NCBI RefSeq assembly: GCF_036321535.1
Contig: NC_087436.1
Coordinates: 93,808,001-93,872,000, forward strand
Direction: 5' to 3'
Origin: Camelus dromedarius
Taxonomy: Eukaryota
DNA length: 64,000 nucleotides
Each line of letters opens with the position of its first letter. The stretch's first letter is position 1. Of this stretch, positions 1 through 13,419 are shown piece after piece. The translations under genes were made by a program, and so were the position numbers. The notes below the pieces were generated by a model. It was not told the DNA's origin and did not search any database. It worked only from the letters and a program-made list of their open reading frames with translations.

Positions 1-3000
1 GCAACAGGGCTGTGGTAAGAACTGCGTTCACAGGTACAACGTAAACCAAGTAGGTAAGAACACCCTCATCCTGTGGGCAGAATCAATGACAAACACTTTG
101 CCGTCTCAGGAGGCCAGGACACCCGAAGGAAGCAGGACCGGATGGGGCCAAGTGCTTCTGTGCAGACTCCAGTAGCACTGAAAACGATAATCTTCAAAAC
201 CACAAATTTGAGGATTCCCAATTCTTGACCCCTAATTTCAATATGTGATCAGGAAATGCTGGTCATGCGTGAGTTTTTTGCTCTTTGGAACCAACTCAGT
301 ACTTTTAAAAAAATTCAGTGTATTGAATGATTTTTATTTCAGATAGTTGGTTTAAGTGCATTGTTCTTACATACTTGGTTTACTTTATGTCTGTGAATGC
401 AGTTCTTACCACAGCCCGGTTAGGCAGACCTCTTTTATTTATGAGGAAACAGAAGCTCCGGAAAAGGACGGGCCCCAGGGCAGGGCTGGTAAGGGATAGA
501 GCCTGCGTTCATCCCCAGGTCTCCAGGCAACAAAGCCAGGGCCCTTTGGGCCACGTATATGATTTCAAACAAAAACACCTCATCAGTCATTCTGCAACTG
601 TCCCTTGAGCTCCTATTATTCTGGGTACTGGCAGAGTTCTAGTAAGGAGGGAGCTGTATAAATGCAGGCATCCAGACCTGGGCTGCATGGTGTATTCTAG
701 CAATAGCAGGTGTAGTTGGAGGCGAGGCCCATGTCATGTAGGGCCTGTGACCTCACGCCAAGGTGTTATCTTCAGCAAAGATTGTTTAAGCAGAAGAGTG
801 AATAGACCAAGTTAGGTTTCAAAAGCATACTCTTTTTTAAAAAAAAATGGAGAAAACAAAGCAGAGAAGGGTTGAAAAGACAAGGCTGAAGTGGGGAGAC
901 AGGCCAGAAGGCCAGTTTACTGCTCCAGGGGAGAGCTGCGTCTGAACCAGGAGTGGCAGTGGGAAGAAACAGGAGCAGGTGATGGAGGCACCTGGCTAGG
1001 GGTGAGGAGTGCTGGATTTGAAGCACCTGCACTTCAGTTAATTCACTCCACTGTTTATGGGCCAGACTCTGGGAAGTTCAAGTGGGACTAAGACATGGTC
1101 CTTGCCTTACAGAGTTTGGGTATATGGAGGAAACACGTTAAACCCAATTTCTGTTATGGCATAGAAAGTACTCTCAGTGAAAGTGTAAGACTGCAGTGGA
1201 TGGAGGAGTAACTGGGAGGAAAGGGGCCCTGAAAATAGATCACACACCAGGCCTGAGGTGAAGGAGTGGCTTGAGGCACACCCTTGGGGCCCTTGCTCGT
1301 TTGTTTGGGGACCGGGGAGAGTCACACAATTTTGAGGCTGAGGGAGGAGAACCAGTGAAGCTGGATTGGAATGGGGGTCACATTTACAGTTGGTCCAAGG
1401 TCCTGATGGTAGATGAAGAGCCTGGGGTTGGGCTTAGCCTGCTGATTGGTTAGTGACTTTGAGACTGGACAGAAGATGCCGTGCGTTCAGGAACAGGTGG
1501 AGTTAAGGGCAGTCTCTGTTTCGTCACAGACAGTACGTTGCTAGGTTAAGAAAGAGGGGGGAAGGATGAGCTGGATGGCAGAGGCAGAGGTGGGGGACAA
1601 GAAGAGAGCCAATTGGCTTTTATCTTAAAAGCCATCTTTGAACTGGAGATGGGAAAAGCGGGGAGAGAAGCCCTGTGCTGTGCATTTATTACCTGACTTC
1701 ATTCTCACCCAAGTCCCTTGTTAGAGCAGTTTCCCCTCGGGTACCATGGGGCCAGGGCTCTGACGCAAATCCACCTGTGTAAAAGGACCAGGGCTGGGTG
1801 GAGGGGAGCTGGGTGGGAGAGTCAAGGTGAACCTCCTGACCACGCACAGGAGGTTGAGATGGGATGAAAGGACTGTGCGAAGAAAATAGAAAGCGGGAGA
1901 GTCTGGCCAAGCAAAAGTGGATGATGACTGTTTAGGTATTTCATGAAATGGAGAAGGATCAGAACAGATGGTTTTAGTCATAAAATGAATGGCTTTCAGC
2001 CTTAATTATACATTTTAAATGCTGAGGACAATTAAATAATTAGCTTTATTACTGGTTACAGTTTGTTCTCATTCCCAGACTCATCTCCTCTCCTAGAAAC
2101 AGTTTTTACTCGCTTGCTTACTATTTTTATTATATCACAGCAACCAGCTGAAATGACTCAGCCAGTCCAGTGTCAGGCATACTGATAAAATCAAACCTTT
2201 CTTTACACTCTGCAGCCAGCATTTCTAGCTCAGCGGCTTTCCTCTTGATTCAAATCTGCATGAGTCTCCATCTGAAATATCTATGTATGAATTTAATATA
2301 ATCTGAAATAATCTCTAGTGTTAACACATTCTTTTGAGTCTACTTAATTTTTAGGCATATTTTGCAGCTGTGTGGTATAGGCCCAGCTGAAAATATTTTG
2401 ATGAAATTTAGAGTGAGACAGGGGTCCTCTTAATGAAATAATTTATCAGGCACAATTTTGATTCACTGGATGTAACTTAACCAACAGTAGAAACTCCCAG
2501 TTCAGCGTACCACATTGCCATGCCTGTCCATTTATCAGTCTGTGCTTTGGAAGTTTGTAGTTTGGTTGTGACGCAGACCCAGCAATGTATTTTACACACA
2601 GGAGACAAACTGGTCGATTTTTCATACAATTGGGTTGAAAGGGGCTAATTTTGTGGCCTGTGGGCTATGACAGAGCATTGTGACAGTCTTGCTGTAGGAT
2701 AGTTTCTACTTCTCGGAGGAACATCAGTGTGTTTCACAGTTGTTTTAAGGAACTCATTCGTATTTAAGTAGGTTTTTAAAAATCAGCCATGGAATTATTT
2801 TAAAGTGCTTGGATTAGGGAAAAATGTTTGGTACATATTACCCTTTTAACCTAGTTTTGAAGAATTACTTATCTTTTCATTGATACAAAAGCAGGTGATT
2901 GGGTCATTATGTTTCTGAAGGGCAGAAACTGTCCGTGGCACCAGTGCTAATGGATTTTTAAAAATTAATCCATTAAAACTTAGACTTGTAAATAAAATGT

Positions 3001-3059
3001 ATCTTGAAATCTCAATACATAGTTTTTTTAAAATTAAAGCAGGAAATAGAAAAGGAAAC

Positions 3060-3265
3060 ATTTATGAATGCCTTCTGTGTTGGTAGGCCTATGTTAGGCA
3101 TTCTGCAAGTGTTCCTTAATCCTAACACTCTTAAGGTCCCCGTTCTTCAACCATTTTACAAATGAAGAAACTGAGGCTCAGAGAGGTGTAATAACTTGCC
3201 CAGCGTCATATAGTTCCCAAGTGGTAGAGCCTAGATTCAAATTCTGCCCTTTCTACCATGCTGTC
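3060..3265 (-). mobile_element. MIR SINE (representative; further MIRs near 0.4-0.5, 5.4, 17.0, 18.9, 20.0-21.1, 21.7, 27.1, 30.3, 44.2 and 56.3 kb)
   Basis: Core ccattttacaaatgaagaaactgaggctcagagagg...acttgccca. Confidence 0.8.
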
Positions 3266-3655
3266 TCTCAATCAGCTGTGAGCACATACTTTATGTACTT
3301 GTCTCTGAGGAAAGATTTAATTAATAATATCTCTCCCAATCCTTTGTCTTTTCCTTATTAGCTCTTTGACTATGAAGTATATTAATCGCAGTCTATCAAT
3401 ATAGAGAACAAGCAGAGGGTGGAAATGGATGGGAGAAAAAGATAGCAAAAGCCAAAACAGCTTTGTCGAGCATAACGGTCTTTTAAGAGAATTTAAAATA
3501 CTCCACATTAAGAAAAAAAAATAGTAAACTCTTTTCAATTCATGTTTAGGAGCCAGTTCATTAACCTTTGGGAGTAAATATACTGGTGATGAATTAAAAT
3601 CACGTTAAACAAGAAGGGATATTAACGACCATAAAACTGTTCTGCCTTATTTCAG

Positions 3656-3823
3656 TTACGATACCAGAAGTGCTTGGTAGCCAGGCCACCTTCACAGAAA
3701 GTCCGACCGCCTCCTCCGCCAGCAGACTCAGTGACCAGAAGAGTCACAACCAATGTAAAACGGGGGGTCTTGTCCCTCATTGACACTTTGAAACAGAAAC
3801 GCCCTGTCACAGAAACGCCATAG
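3656..3823 (+). CDS. APBB2: APBB2 (FE65-like 1) terminal coding exon
   Basis: Acceptor ttctgccttatttcag| then LRYQKCLVARPPSQKVRPPPPPADSVTRRVTTNVKRGVLSLIDTLKQKRPVTETP* (55 aa, TAG 3821-3823), matching the APBB2 C-terminus as I recall it. APBB2 is known to lie tail-to-tail with NSUN7. Upstream exons are outside the window. Confidence 0.96.
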   Translation, partial: LRYQKCLVARPPSQKVRPPPPPADSVTRRVTTNVKRGVLSLIDTLKQKRPVTETP

Positions 3824-6800
3824 CTGCATATGTGAAAGGATGCTGTGATATCTACTGGAGATTGAACAGCTACACTAAAGAGGAGGAACTGATCTCCGGC
3901 CTTCCGTTCAGTTGCTGATGCTTTGTCTTTGGAGAATTTATCCTTAACCAAACAGTGTTAGACAAGCATGTTCTCTCGTCTTGCCACCATCGTGTGATAT
4001 GAAAAGAAGCATGAATAATTTTTTTTGCTGTCAGTAAGTTACATCATGAGCAGTGGAAGGTCTTTCTGATTGTAAATATCGTGACCGTCACATAACTCCA
4101 CACGCACACGGGGAAGGATGTGGCCACGCCCCTCCCAGTGAACTGATGCTGAGTGCTTGGAGTGAATGATGCCTGAGTTATTAGATTCACTGTCTTCTTG
4201 ACTGGATCTGTCACAAGCAACTTTTAAGTCCTACAGCACTTTGCCTTGTTTTCAACATTGGAGTAGACACTGCATAACAGAAACCATTGAATTGCTGTAA
4301 AAATAGGATGACGAATTTTTGTTTTAGTTTTTCATAAAATTGAAACTTTGGTTGACAAAATTGGCTGTTGGCATCAGTATACAAACCAACTGGCAGCTTT
4401 CCTTGACAAGCTCTTTGACACATGGACACCACCATTTCATGTCTACAGCTGTTTGTGGGATGTTGGAAAAAAACAAAAGTGAAGCTTCAAAATTGAAAAA
4501 CTAAATTTCAGAAATTAAAATCAAACAAAAATAGCCTTTCTTTTCAGATGCTTTTCAAACTGATTATTAACAAAAAGAAAGAGATTGACAAAATCATAAT
4601 GCATTTTGGGTGGGACCTATTTCAAACTTCTGCCTTATATTGTACAATGCAGCTAGAGAATTATAGTTCACTATGGCCATTCTCTACATAAAGAACATTA
4701 AAATGAAATAGTCCTCATAAGCCTTTCATCCTTAGTTTGATAATTAGCCGATATGCAATTTGGAGTTGAGGAAATGTCATTTATATTTTAGACCTCCACC
4801 ACCACGTTATGTTGTTTCCCACCTCCTAAATAAATGTTCTGCTAGAATTCTGCTTCTAGCTTAATCTTACCCGAATGCTTTTTGCCCAGAAAGCTGTCTG
4901 TCCATCATGTATTGTCCATGGCAACAAATTACACAAAATTGAACCTTTCTGAATTTATGTATTTAATATTAAAATTTGTTGGACTCTAGATATATTTTTA
5001 AATTTATATTGTTTCCATTTATTTTCAAGATTAAAAAATTTCATATTGGAGCAAAATATACACGGGAACAATGGACTATTTAACAAGTCTCCCCCAAATA
5101 GCACTCTCCTGCTTCTCTATCTATAGATGAGAAACTTAGCTGTAAAGATACACTTGTTGACACTTGTTTTAAAAAGAAGTTGCTAAGCTCAAAGCATTAG
5201 TTCTATTTACTTTTCAATGATGAAATTATCATTTATAACATCCAGTTATAACAGTAACACTTTGTTTATCTACTGTTGTGTACTTGTGAAATGGTTTCTA
5301 CATTCTTATCATCACAGTTGAGCCTTATACAGTAGAGAAGATACTAAACATATTTGAGAAATAAAAAATATTATGAATTACCAAGAGGTTCAATCACTTA
5401 GCCTAAGATCTCACAGAAGTTCGTGAGAAAACCAGGACTAGGACCCATGCTTCTCAACTCCCAGTTTTAAATCACACTGCTTCCACACCAGTCAGGAGGA
5501 ATCTTTGCAGAATTACTCTGGGCATATCCAATTAATTATTGTCGGGCAATCTTAGGACTCCCTGTATAAGTGGGAAATATGTCCAAATTACTCACGCAGG
5601 TATTCATTATAAAACCATTGCCCTCTCTCAGTCCAGGAGTGTTTTCCTACAGTGTGCCTCAAATGTGTTGTAAAGGACAGGATTCTACGTGCATTACAGC
5701 CTGTCCAGCCCACGAGATTGTCCAGAGATGATGGTCCTGTGGTAGAGAGACTCCTAACTCCTGATACTTAGCCACCAGAGAACATGATGGAATGAGCAGG
5801 TGGCCTCCCACCTCTGTTGCCTCTCAGAATTCTGGAATTGTTTGCTAGCACCCTTGTGTTCTGACAAAAAAGATGCCACTCTAGAAATGAATTATACTTC
5901 TCACCAGCCTACATACTGTTCTTCTGAAGTAACCAATGATACCATGAGAAATTACTGCATTAAGAAAATCCTTACTTTGCCCTTTGAAAAGCTGTTCAAC
6001 ATTCAGTCGTCATGATCTTTCATCTTGCTCTCCACAGTGAAACATTTTAGTGTGATAAGCTTCAAAATTCTGAACAAGTGATCCATTTTTGTATTGGGAA
6101 TCTCTACCAGAACCCCATTCATTTTTTTAAGGCATACATTTGTTTTCAGGATCAAGAATACTGAGCTAGCTTTAAGTAGCAAACTGATTTATATATGCAA
6201 TTATAGGATGCATTAAGATGAATGATAGCCTTTACGTATTGAAAACTTTACTGCAGATATTTTGTTTTAAAAATAGCTTTGCATACTAAAGGCAATTAAT
6301 TTTGTAAAATTAATTATGTTAAACCGTATGTTCAGACACTTTCTGCCATGGCCAAAAAGTATGTATGAAAGTATGTGTGTATTTTCTGTGAAAGGATGCC
6401 AGTGTTTTACCTGATGATATTGTAGTGACACTTCGGTTATCTATGCATTCTTTGTATCTGTGATTTGGTAAACAGGCAGCCATGTTCACTATGCCTTGTA
6501 TGTCTTATCATTTTTTTAATTAACCTGTTAAATACAGCTTAAAATATTTTATTTTATTTATTCTATTTTTTACTGAAATATACTGCATAATTGTGTTAAT
6601 GTATTATCTTTACTGGATATTACCTGACAATGTATCCAGGTCTCAGTAATCTCAGTGAACTATACATTGCCTAAAAGGTGGTTTTGTAATGATTTGTAGT
6701 CACATTTTTATTGGAATATGTAGACGAAAAGGCCAAATACTTAAAGTTCCTTTTATTTTTTAAAAGCAGCTAGGTAGACGCAGACTTGCCACCTCATCTA

Positions 6801-7580
6801 CGTGCTCCTTGGCCACATCAAGGGCAATAGCCAACATGCCTATGGCTAAACACTTTACTTTGCAAACTTAAAGCACTGCTTGGTGCTTAGTTTTTATATC
6901 CTTCACAACACGTGTAAGCTCATCTAAGAGACAGACACATGTCCACATGCCCTTTGTTTCCACCTGGATATAGATCACCAATAGCTAACAAGGACCATTG
7001 TTTTTGTTTGTGTCTGTCTTACTGCATGAAGGGCCATCAGACCCATTTCCATTAAAATAAGTTTTTGGTGATAAACTGTTGGCACTGCTACTTTTTTTAA
7101 AAATTCCACTTTATGATTTTATGACAAACATTTGTACAATGATTGATTCTACACTAGGTCATTTACCAGAAGCACTAAATCCTTCCTCCTTTTCTTATAT
7201 GATACACTTATTTCATAAGCATTGCAACACAAATTCAAGATTTCATAAGCAATGTGAGAAACATTTCCCTTACTGATATGAGCACAACCTAACTAGTAAA
7301 ACCATTAGTTCTCTAGTTTGCCAGGCATAGTTAACCCAATACACAGCTACCATGTGTGTTAGGCAGCCAGTCACACGAAGTTTAATTTATTTCAACTTCA
7401 GGGAGAAGATATGCTCCCCCTTTATCAGCCAGTGCACTCCCTGCCATCCAGAGCAGCTCGTTTATCCCAAAAGAACATCTGGTTTTGCTCTCTGCCCCTT
7501 TTGCTAGTGACCACTTTTACACATTTAAATGTAACATGTTGTGAGAATAAAATTAGCTGCATAAAACGTTTGGCTCATTT
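3824..7580 (+). other. APBB2: APBB2 3' UTR (a longer isoform may extend to about 9270)
   Basis: Follows the stop codon; largely repeat-free and AU-rich; AATAAA at 7546-7551, 7616-7621 and 9244-9249. The end point is inferred. Confidence 0.65.
7546..7551 (+). terminator. Candidate APBB2 polyadenylation signal
   Basis: AATAAA preceded by TGTA (about 7530) at the end of a long AU-rich UTR-like block. Confidence 0.5.
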
Positions 7581-9243
7581 ATCTGACATCTCAGTCATAC
7601 GTATCCAGAAATAGAAATAAAAGTTTAGTGTCTCCACACCAGTCATTTTATTTTCAAATTATTCTTGCCTCAAATTAAAAATCATTTTAGTAAGTAAGGT
7701 TCTGCTTTGACTAGTTATTGCATAGCACCACCTGGTAAGAACTAGAAACAAACTTTAAATTTTGAATAATACATCACACTGCCCTTACTTGGTACTCAGG
7801 AAGGACAGCTGGCATTGTGGACGTAGAGGCCTATTCAGTCACCAACTTGACACTTGTACAAGTACTTTTTCTAATAGGAAGATAGTCTGTCTTTCCTTTA
7901 AGAACCTGGTATCAAAGAATGAAAGAGTTGTACAGGGATTAAATCCAAATGAAAGGTAACTAGAAAAACAAATCAGTTGAATCTGGTTTAGTTTAACTGT
8001 TAGCCATATGGAAGAAGACAAATAGAATTCAAGTTATGTACCCATTTTCTGTTCTTCTTGCATTTCCCCCAGTAATTTATCTATTTTACTCTATCAAAGG
8101 CAGTTACTCTCAAGGAAAAAAATTTCATTTGGTTTCAGGTATTATATAATGGTAACTAATTATAGATAAAAGTCTGAATTTGCTATTGGAGTACCTAAAT
8201 ACCAGTAATTTCATTATTTTAGAATTTTGCAGCACTTTAAAAAGCTCAAGAAAGAAAAATAGCGCAATCAATATTCTCCATTAGAATCCTTGCATATTGT
8301 TTTTATCCAAAGTATTTTCCCTTTTACTCTACCAAAGTATGTAAATAATCGATCACGCCCTTCTTAGAAGAGTCTCAAAGAAGAAAACTGTAGGCTTAAT
8401 GAATGAGTGGTTTAATTCAAAATCTCCATATACTTATAAAGAGAAAAATAATTTACTGACAAGATTCATGTTATAAGATACTAAAAATAAGTGTTTAAAG
8501 TTATGACATGACTTAAATCACATGCTGCTATAGAAATCAGAAAAATATCCTGAACTATTTCATAACAGTAATTAGTTTCTTTATAACTGATTACAGAAAA
8601 TAAAAATCTCAGACCTGCTACTTTTGGACAATGGAATACTCTTCAGCCTGGGGTAGAGGGAAGACAGCAGGAAATGGACAAAAGATTCCTGAGATAAAAT
8701 ACCAGCTCTTTACTGAACGAAGTTCAGTTAAGCTGCACTGGCCTCCCGGAGACATGAGATACTCCAGGTCAGAGAGGGGGAATAAGAAAAAAAGTACTAT
8801 AATTTTTAGAGCAAAGATTATACAGTTTCTGATTTTTGAAATCAGTAAATAAGCTGAGCATTTAAAACATTTCTGTGTTTTTTAAGACTCATAATTAATA
8901 TGAGAATTCTTTTGGGATTTAGAAATAAGAAGTCTGGTTCAATTATAAAAAGTCATGTTTCCTTTCTTCACTGACACATTTTACTGATAAATGTAAATCT
9001 TCAGTTAAAAAAATGTATTACTACTAAAACAAAGTTCACCATTTTTTATCCTTCAAGTGAGAAAATTATAGAATGTTAGAGCTGAAATAGACCTAAATAT
9101 TCATCTTGAAGAGGATAAAATCCTATTAAAATCATGCCACCTGAAATTTATGAATTTACATAACACTATTCAACATAAAAGGTTCTGAAAACAGAACTTT
9201 AAATTCAAAGTTTATGAATGTGTCTATGAACATTTCTTCAAAC

Positions 9244-9272
9244 AATAAAACTTATAGTTGTAACTTTTTAAT
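9244..9272. terminator. Candidate paired poly(A) signals: AATAAA on + (9244-9249, APBB2 distal) and ATTAAA on - (9272-9267, NSUN7)
   Basis: Both hexamers read directly; U/GU-rich sequence lies downstream of each on its own strand. Confidence 0.45.
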
Positions 9273-10316
9273 GTTAATTTCTGTTGCCATGATGAAAAAG
9301 AGCCAATAGACCCAGAAATGATAATCATAACCAATTCTTGAAGGCAACTGATAATACAGTCAAGATGAATTGACTTAATATAATTAAAATAGTGCTACAT
9401 ATATTTTAATTGCACATCAGAAATGATTTACCCAAGTTTAATTACTGTGTGCCATTTGAAATGACCATTTCACCTGATCTTTGAATAGAATCAGAAATTT
9501 GTAAAGATTTCTTCAAAAACAGGTGTGTCACTTGTATTCAACAGTTTTGCCTCTTCCTCAGAATTACTATTTAGATGGAGGTTTGCTTACAGTCACTTTT
9601 TTTACAACAGTATTTGGCATAAACAGAAGGAAGCACTTACGTTCAATCTGCCCTGGATCCTGGAAGCTCTTCCAATGAGAAACAGTCTTCACTCTGTGAA
9701 GAGACATTTGAACTACCCACACCTGGAAACTTGGCACTTCCTGTTCTTCCTACTCAGACTCAACCTCAGTCACATCACAAAAGCTCATAATATCCCCTGT
9801 TTAAAGAATATTTTGATGTTTAAGGGAAAAAAGTCAACCTTAATAGTGTTGAAATGTTAAACTACAGCTGACTAGATACGGAAGGGCACTGAAGTCAGTG
9901 TGAGAGCACCTTTTCCGTATCTATGCTTTCTAATAAACTGCCTCACAAATTAATTTCTAAAAGGGTATGTTATAAGGCACAGTGTTTCCCTTCAGGAAAA
10001 CTTGTTGCTGCTTTCTTTTAAAACTAGTGTCTTAAGTCCCGACTGAAAATTAACAAGAGTGAGACACGGAGTCTACAGAAGGACAGTCTAAAGCAGACCA
10101 GCACCCAGCTGTTGAAATCTCTGAATTCTGCTTTGCTTAATTCACATACATTATTCTCATTTGTCTTAATTCTCTTGAAGGTAATAATCAGATTTAGAAG
10201 ATACTAAGTGACCAAAAGAATGAGTACTTTGTGTAGGGATATCTAACCTTCAGAGAAATATCAGACTTTGAAAAAAAATTCAACTACTCTTGACCCCTGT
10301 AAAACACACAGGACAG

Positions 10317-10955
10317 TCAAAGCCATGGTCGAGGACGTCTGGGTAGAGAGGAAGGTAAGTTATCTTTAGGCTTTTCCCCACTTCTGGGTACTGATGGTGT
10401 GGAAAGATAGCCAGGCATGACAGTCTTGGGCCCAACCCAACGACAGTAAAACTGTTGAGTTGGTACATGAGACCTGATCCCTTGGGAACTTGAAAATGGC
10501 AACATTACTGGAGGCAAAACAATCTCTATGGGTTTCAGTGCAATCATTCTATCTTCTGGGCGAGGTCTCACAAAGTTTGTCAGCCGTTCATAGGGTCTGG
10601 CGGGAGGTGTGTTCTTCATAAACGTAGGCGCTAAAGGATTGGTGGTGGGTTTGTTGGTTTTTCTGACCTGTGGAGAAGAACCCACTTGATTTGTATTTTT
10701 CTGTGGAAGAGACGTTTTTGTCGTTAATGCCTCTGACCGATTAGCATTTGCATTAGTTTCTCGACTCAGGAACTCAGCAATTTTCATTTGGACGCTGTTA
10801 TTATCAGCAGTGGGAGCTTTTGGCAGTGGTGTTTTTGATTTTTTCTTCTTCTTTTCCCGTTTTGAAGGTTTACCCAACTCAATCCCATCCAGTAGACCCT
10901 TTGCTGCAGCGCGGGCCAAAACATCTTTCACAGACACTGTCTCAGATGGGTCCCG
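10317..10955 (-). CDS. NSUN7: NSUN7 exon 12 (last coding exon), RDPSETVSVKDVLARAAAKG...RRPRPWL*
   Basis: Acceptor ttctttaattatag|CGG; 639 nt; TGA at 10319-10317; contains the basic stretch KREKKKKKSK and a Pro/Thr-rich tail. Confidence 0.96.
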   Translation of the reverse strand, partial: RDPSETVSVKDVLARAAAKGLLDGIELGKPSKREKKKKKSKTPLPKAPTADNNSVQMKIAEFLSRETNANANRSEALTTKTSLPQKNTNQVGSSPQVRKTNKPTTNPLAPTFMKNTPPARPYERLTNFVRPRPEDRMIALKPIEIVLPPVMLPFSSSQGIRSHVPTQQFYCRWVGPKTVMPGYLSTPSVPRSGEKPKDNLPSSLPRRPRPWL

Positions 10956-11462
10956 CTATAATTAAAGAAGCAGTTACAAAGTGTCAGAGTTAACTATTAC
11001 TGTGTATATTATAAATATTTATCAGTGTTTCAGTAAAAATAGAAGAGTATCTTTATTATACTAAAAGAAATGTTTTTAGGCCTTAGTCTCTCTCTTTCTA
11101 TATATATATACACACATATATATATATATCTCCCCCATAATATATCCCATAAGCCTCAGGAAATGACTTTCTTAGTACTTAAACTGCCCCATTTGTGAAC
11201 CTGATAGGAAAAAAAATTATAGAGCTTATTTGTTATCCACAGATAAACTAGGTGCTTAGAGAGGTGGGAAAGACAGTGGGCAAGGGAAGAACACTCAGGC
11301 GAAGAATAAAAACAAAGACAGCGATTTTTGTCACACAGTAATAATTTTCCTGCCTTTTAGCTATTTATGAAATAAGCACACCATTTTTCTTAGGTTCCTC
11401 TTATGAGGCTTTGTTGTTTCTTAATTCCTAAGTATGACATGGATTCGTATTTTTTTCCTTAC

Positions 11463-11586
11463 CTCCCTTGTTAGAACAGAAAGAAAACAACCATTGGTAA
11501 TTTCAGATGGTTCCATTCTGAAAAATTTGTCAGTGGACAAATGTATTTCCTTCAAGGAGCACAGTGGAAGAACAGGAGGACTAAGC
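11463..11586 (-). CDS. NSUN7: NSUN7 exon 11, (R)LSPPVLPLCSLKEIHLSTDKFFRMEPSEITNGCFLSVLTRE
   Basis: 124 nt, tgttgcag| ... GAG|gtaagg, phases consistent with neighbours. Confidence 0.96.
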
Positions 11587-13419
11587 CTGCAACAGATAAC
11601 AGCAAACAAGTAATAGTTAGAATAGCTTATTTGCCAATCAAGGGAGACAGTAAGCTGCAACAAATTTTCTTTTATTATGTTTTACCAATTGTTTAAACAA
11701 AAATTCCAAATAAGAATAAAATGTCGAAGTAGTACAATACTATTGTAAATTAAAAGCTCTATATTTCATGTTGCTAATAATTTATTACACTTCCCAAGTT
11801 TTCCATCTTTAAACCACTATGCCAAGGATAGCAACCTTTCAATATATTAAAAACTCTTCCCCAAGTCACTAATGTGTTAAAAAAAAAAAAAGGGGGCTTC
11901 CATTATCAAAACAGGTAAATACATATAGTAATCACAAAGGTATAATCCAAAAATTCTGTTATTTCCTCATGTCAAAATACAAAAAGTATAACTTCCTTCT
12001 TTTGGTTACTTTTTGCACAATTACAATATAAAAATACTCCTATGACTACATTATTCTTCTCAATCACTTTGTGAATACTAACAGATGAGTTAGGAAGTAT
12101 TCAAAGTATATAACATACTTCAATAAAAAATCAAATAAATTAAAAATAAAAAAAAAGAAAGTACGTAACAAAGACTTTGTGTCAGAAATATAAAAATCTC
12201 TAATCACTAATATGTTTAAAATAAAATTTTAGTTTTTATATTTAATATTTCTCATTCAACAGTAAAGGGTTCATTCATAAATAATAAATAATTCTTATAT
12301 TCCCATGCTTTTAAAATTAAAACATTAAATCAATAAATACTTTTCCATATAAATTAAAATATCAGGAACTCTTATTAAATTTGTATATTATATTCTGAAA
12401 TTTAACACTATTTAAAATTTATATTTATTCACTCATTATTTGCCAACTATGTGCAAAGCACATAAATATTAATTCTCTTATATAGTTTACAATTTGGTTG
12501 GAAAAACTGTTATATAATAATATAAAGAAGACGAAATAAGAATGCTGAGCCAAGTAGAGACAAAATTATGTAGGAGTACAGAATAAGGTGCAGGTAACTC
12601 TGGCAATGGGAGATAGAAAATATGAAGACTTCACAGAGGAAGTAGTATCAGTGCTGTGTCTTGAAAAATAAGTAGGTATCCAATAAGGCAAAGAAGGGTG
12701 ATTTCTAGACAGAAAGAAGAATATGAACAAAAGCGCAAGTGTTGTGAAGATCTATGTTCAGGGAACGGCAAGCATTTCCATGTGGCTGAGGCAGAGAATG
12801 AGGCAGGGGATGCAGAGGTCACTTAGGATGCAGGTAGACACACTTGACCTCAAATGACATGCCAAAGAGTGGTAAATAGTGGTGCTTAATAAAATGTTTA
12901 TGCTGAACTAAGCTGAAATATAATAGCTGTGCAGGTTCTAAAGGCAAGAGAGCTAATCACTCTGCTTACCAACCTTATAACTAACAAACTGAATTTCTGA
13001 GGCTTGTTCATATATGTTCTCTACACAAATAGAAATCATCAAAAAAACTATTCACTTATATATGAGGTAAAGAATACATTCTGAAAATAATTATTTCTTA
13101 CTAATGTGGAACATAATTAGTTTCAGAATATAAATATGAATGTTGGGATTTTTGTCAATTTGATACATTTCTAGCACCTAGAAGAGTGCCTGGTATATAG
13201 TAGGTATTCAACAAATATTTATTTAATAGACTATGATATATTCTATCTACATACATGCTATCTTTTCTAATGATAATAATAATCCACAATCAATACTGGT
13301 TAAGTTAACTTACAGAAATTGACTCTGCATTAAAAAAGTATTTCCAAACCCCAACTTATAGCTCATTTCTTTGAATAATAAGTTAATATTCAAGTCTCAC
13401 TCATAACTGACTTAGAGAA

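Noticed and set aside
3652..3951. 99-aa minus-strand ORF
   Set aside because: Antisense shadow of the APBB2 last exon; no recognisable protein
4912..4925. X-box-like TTGTCCATGGCAAC in the APBB2 UTR
   Set aside because: Only one good half-site and no promoter context
10280..10468. Alternative-frame 62-aa ORF in the NSUN7 last exon
   Set aside because: Short, with no splice or start evidence
11098..11129. (TA)n(CA)n(TA)n quasi-palindrome
   Set aside because: Simple dinucleotide repeat; its self-complementarity is trivial
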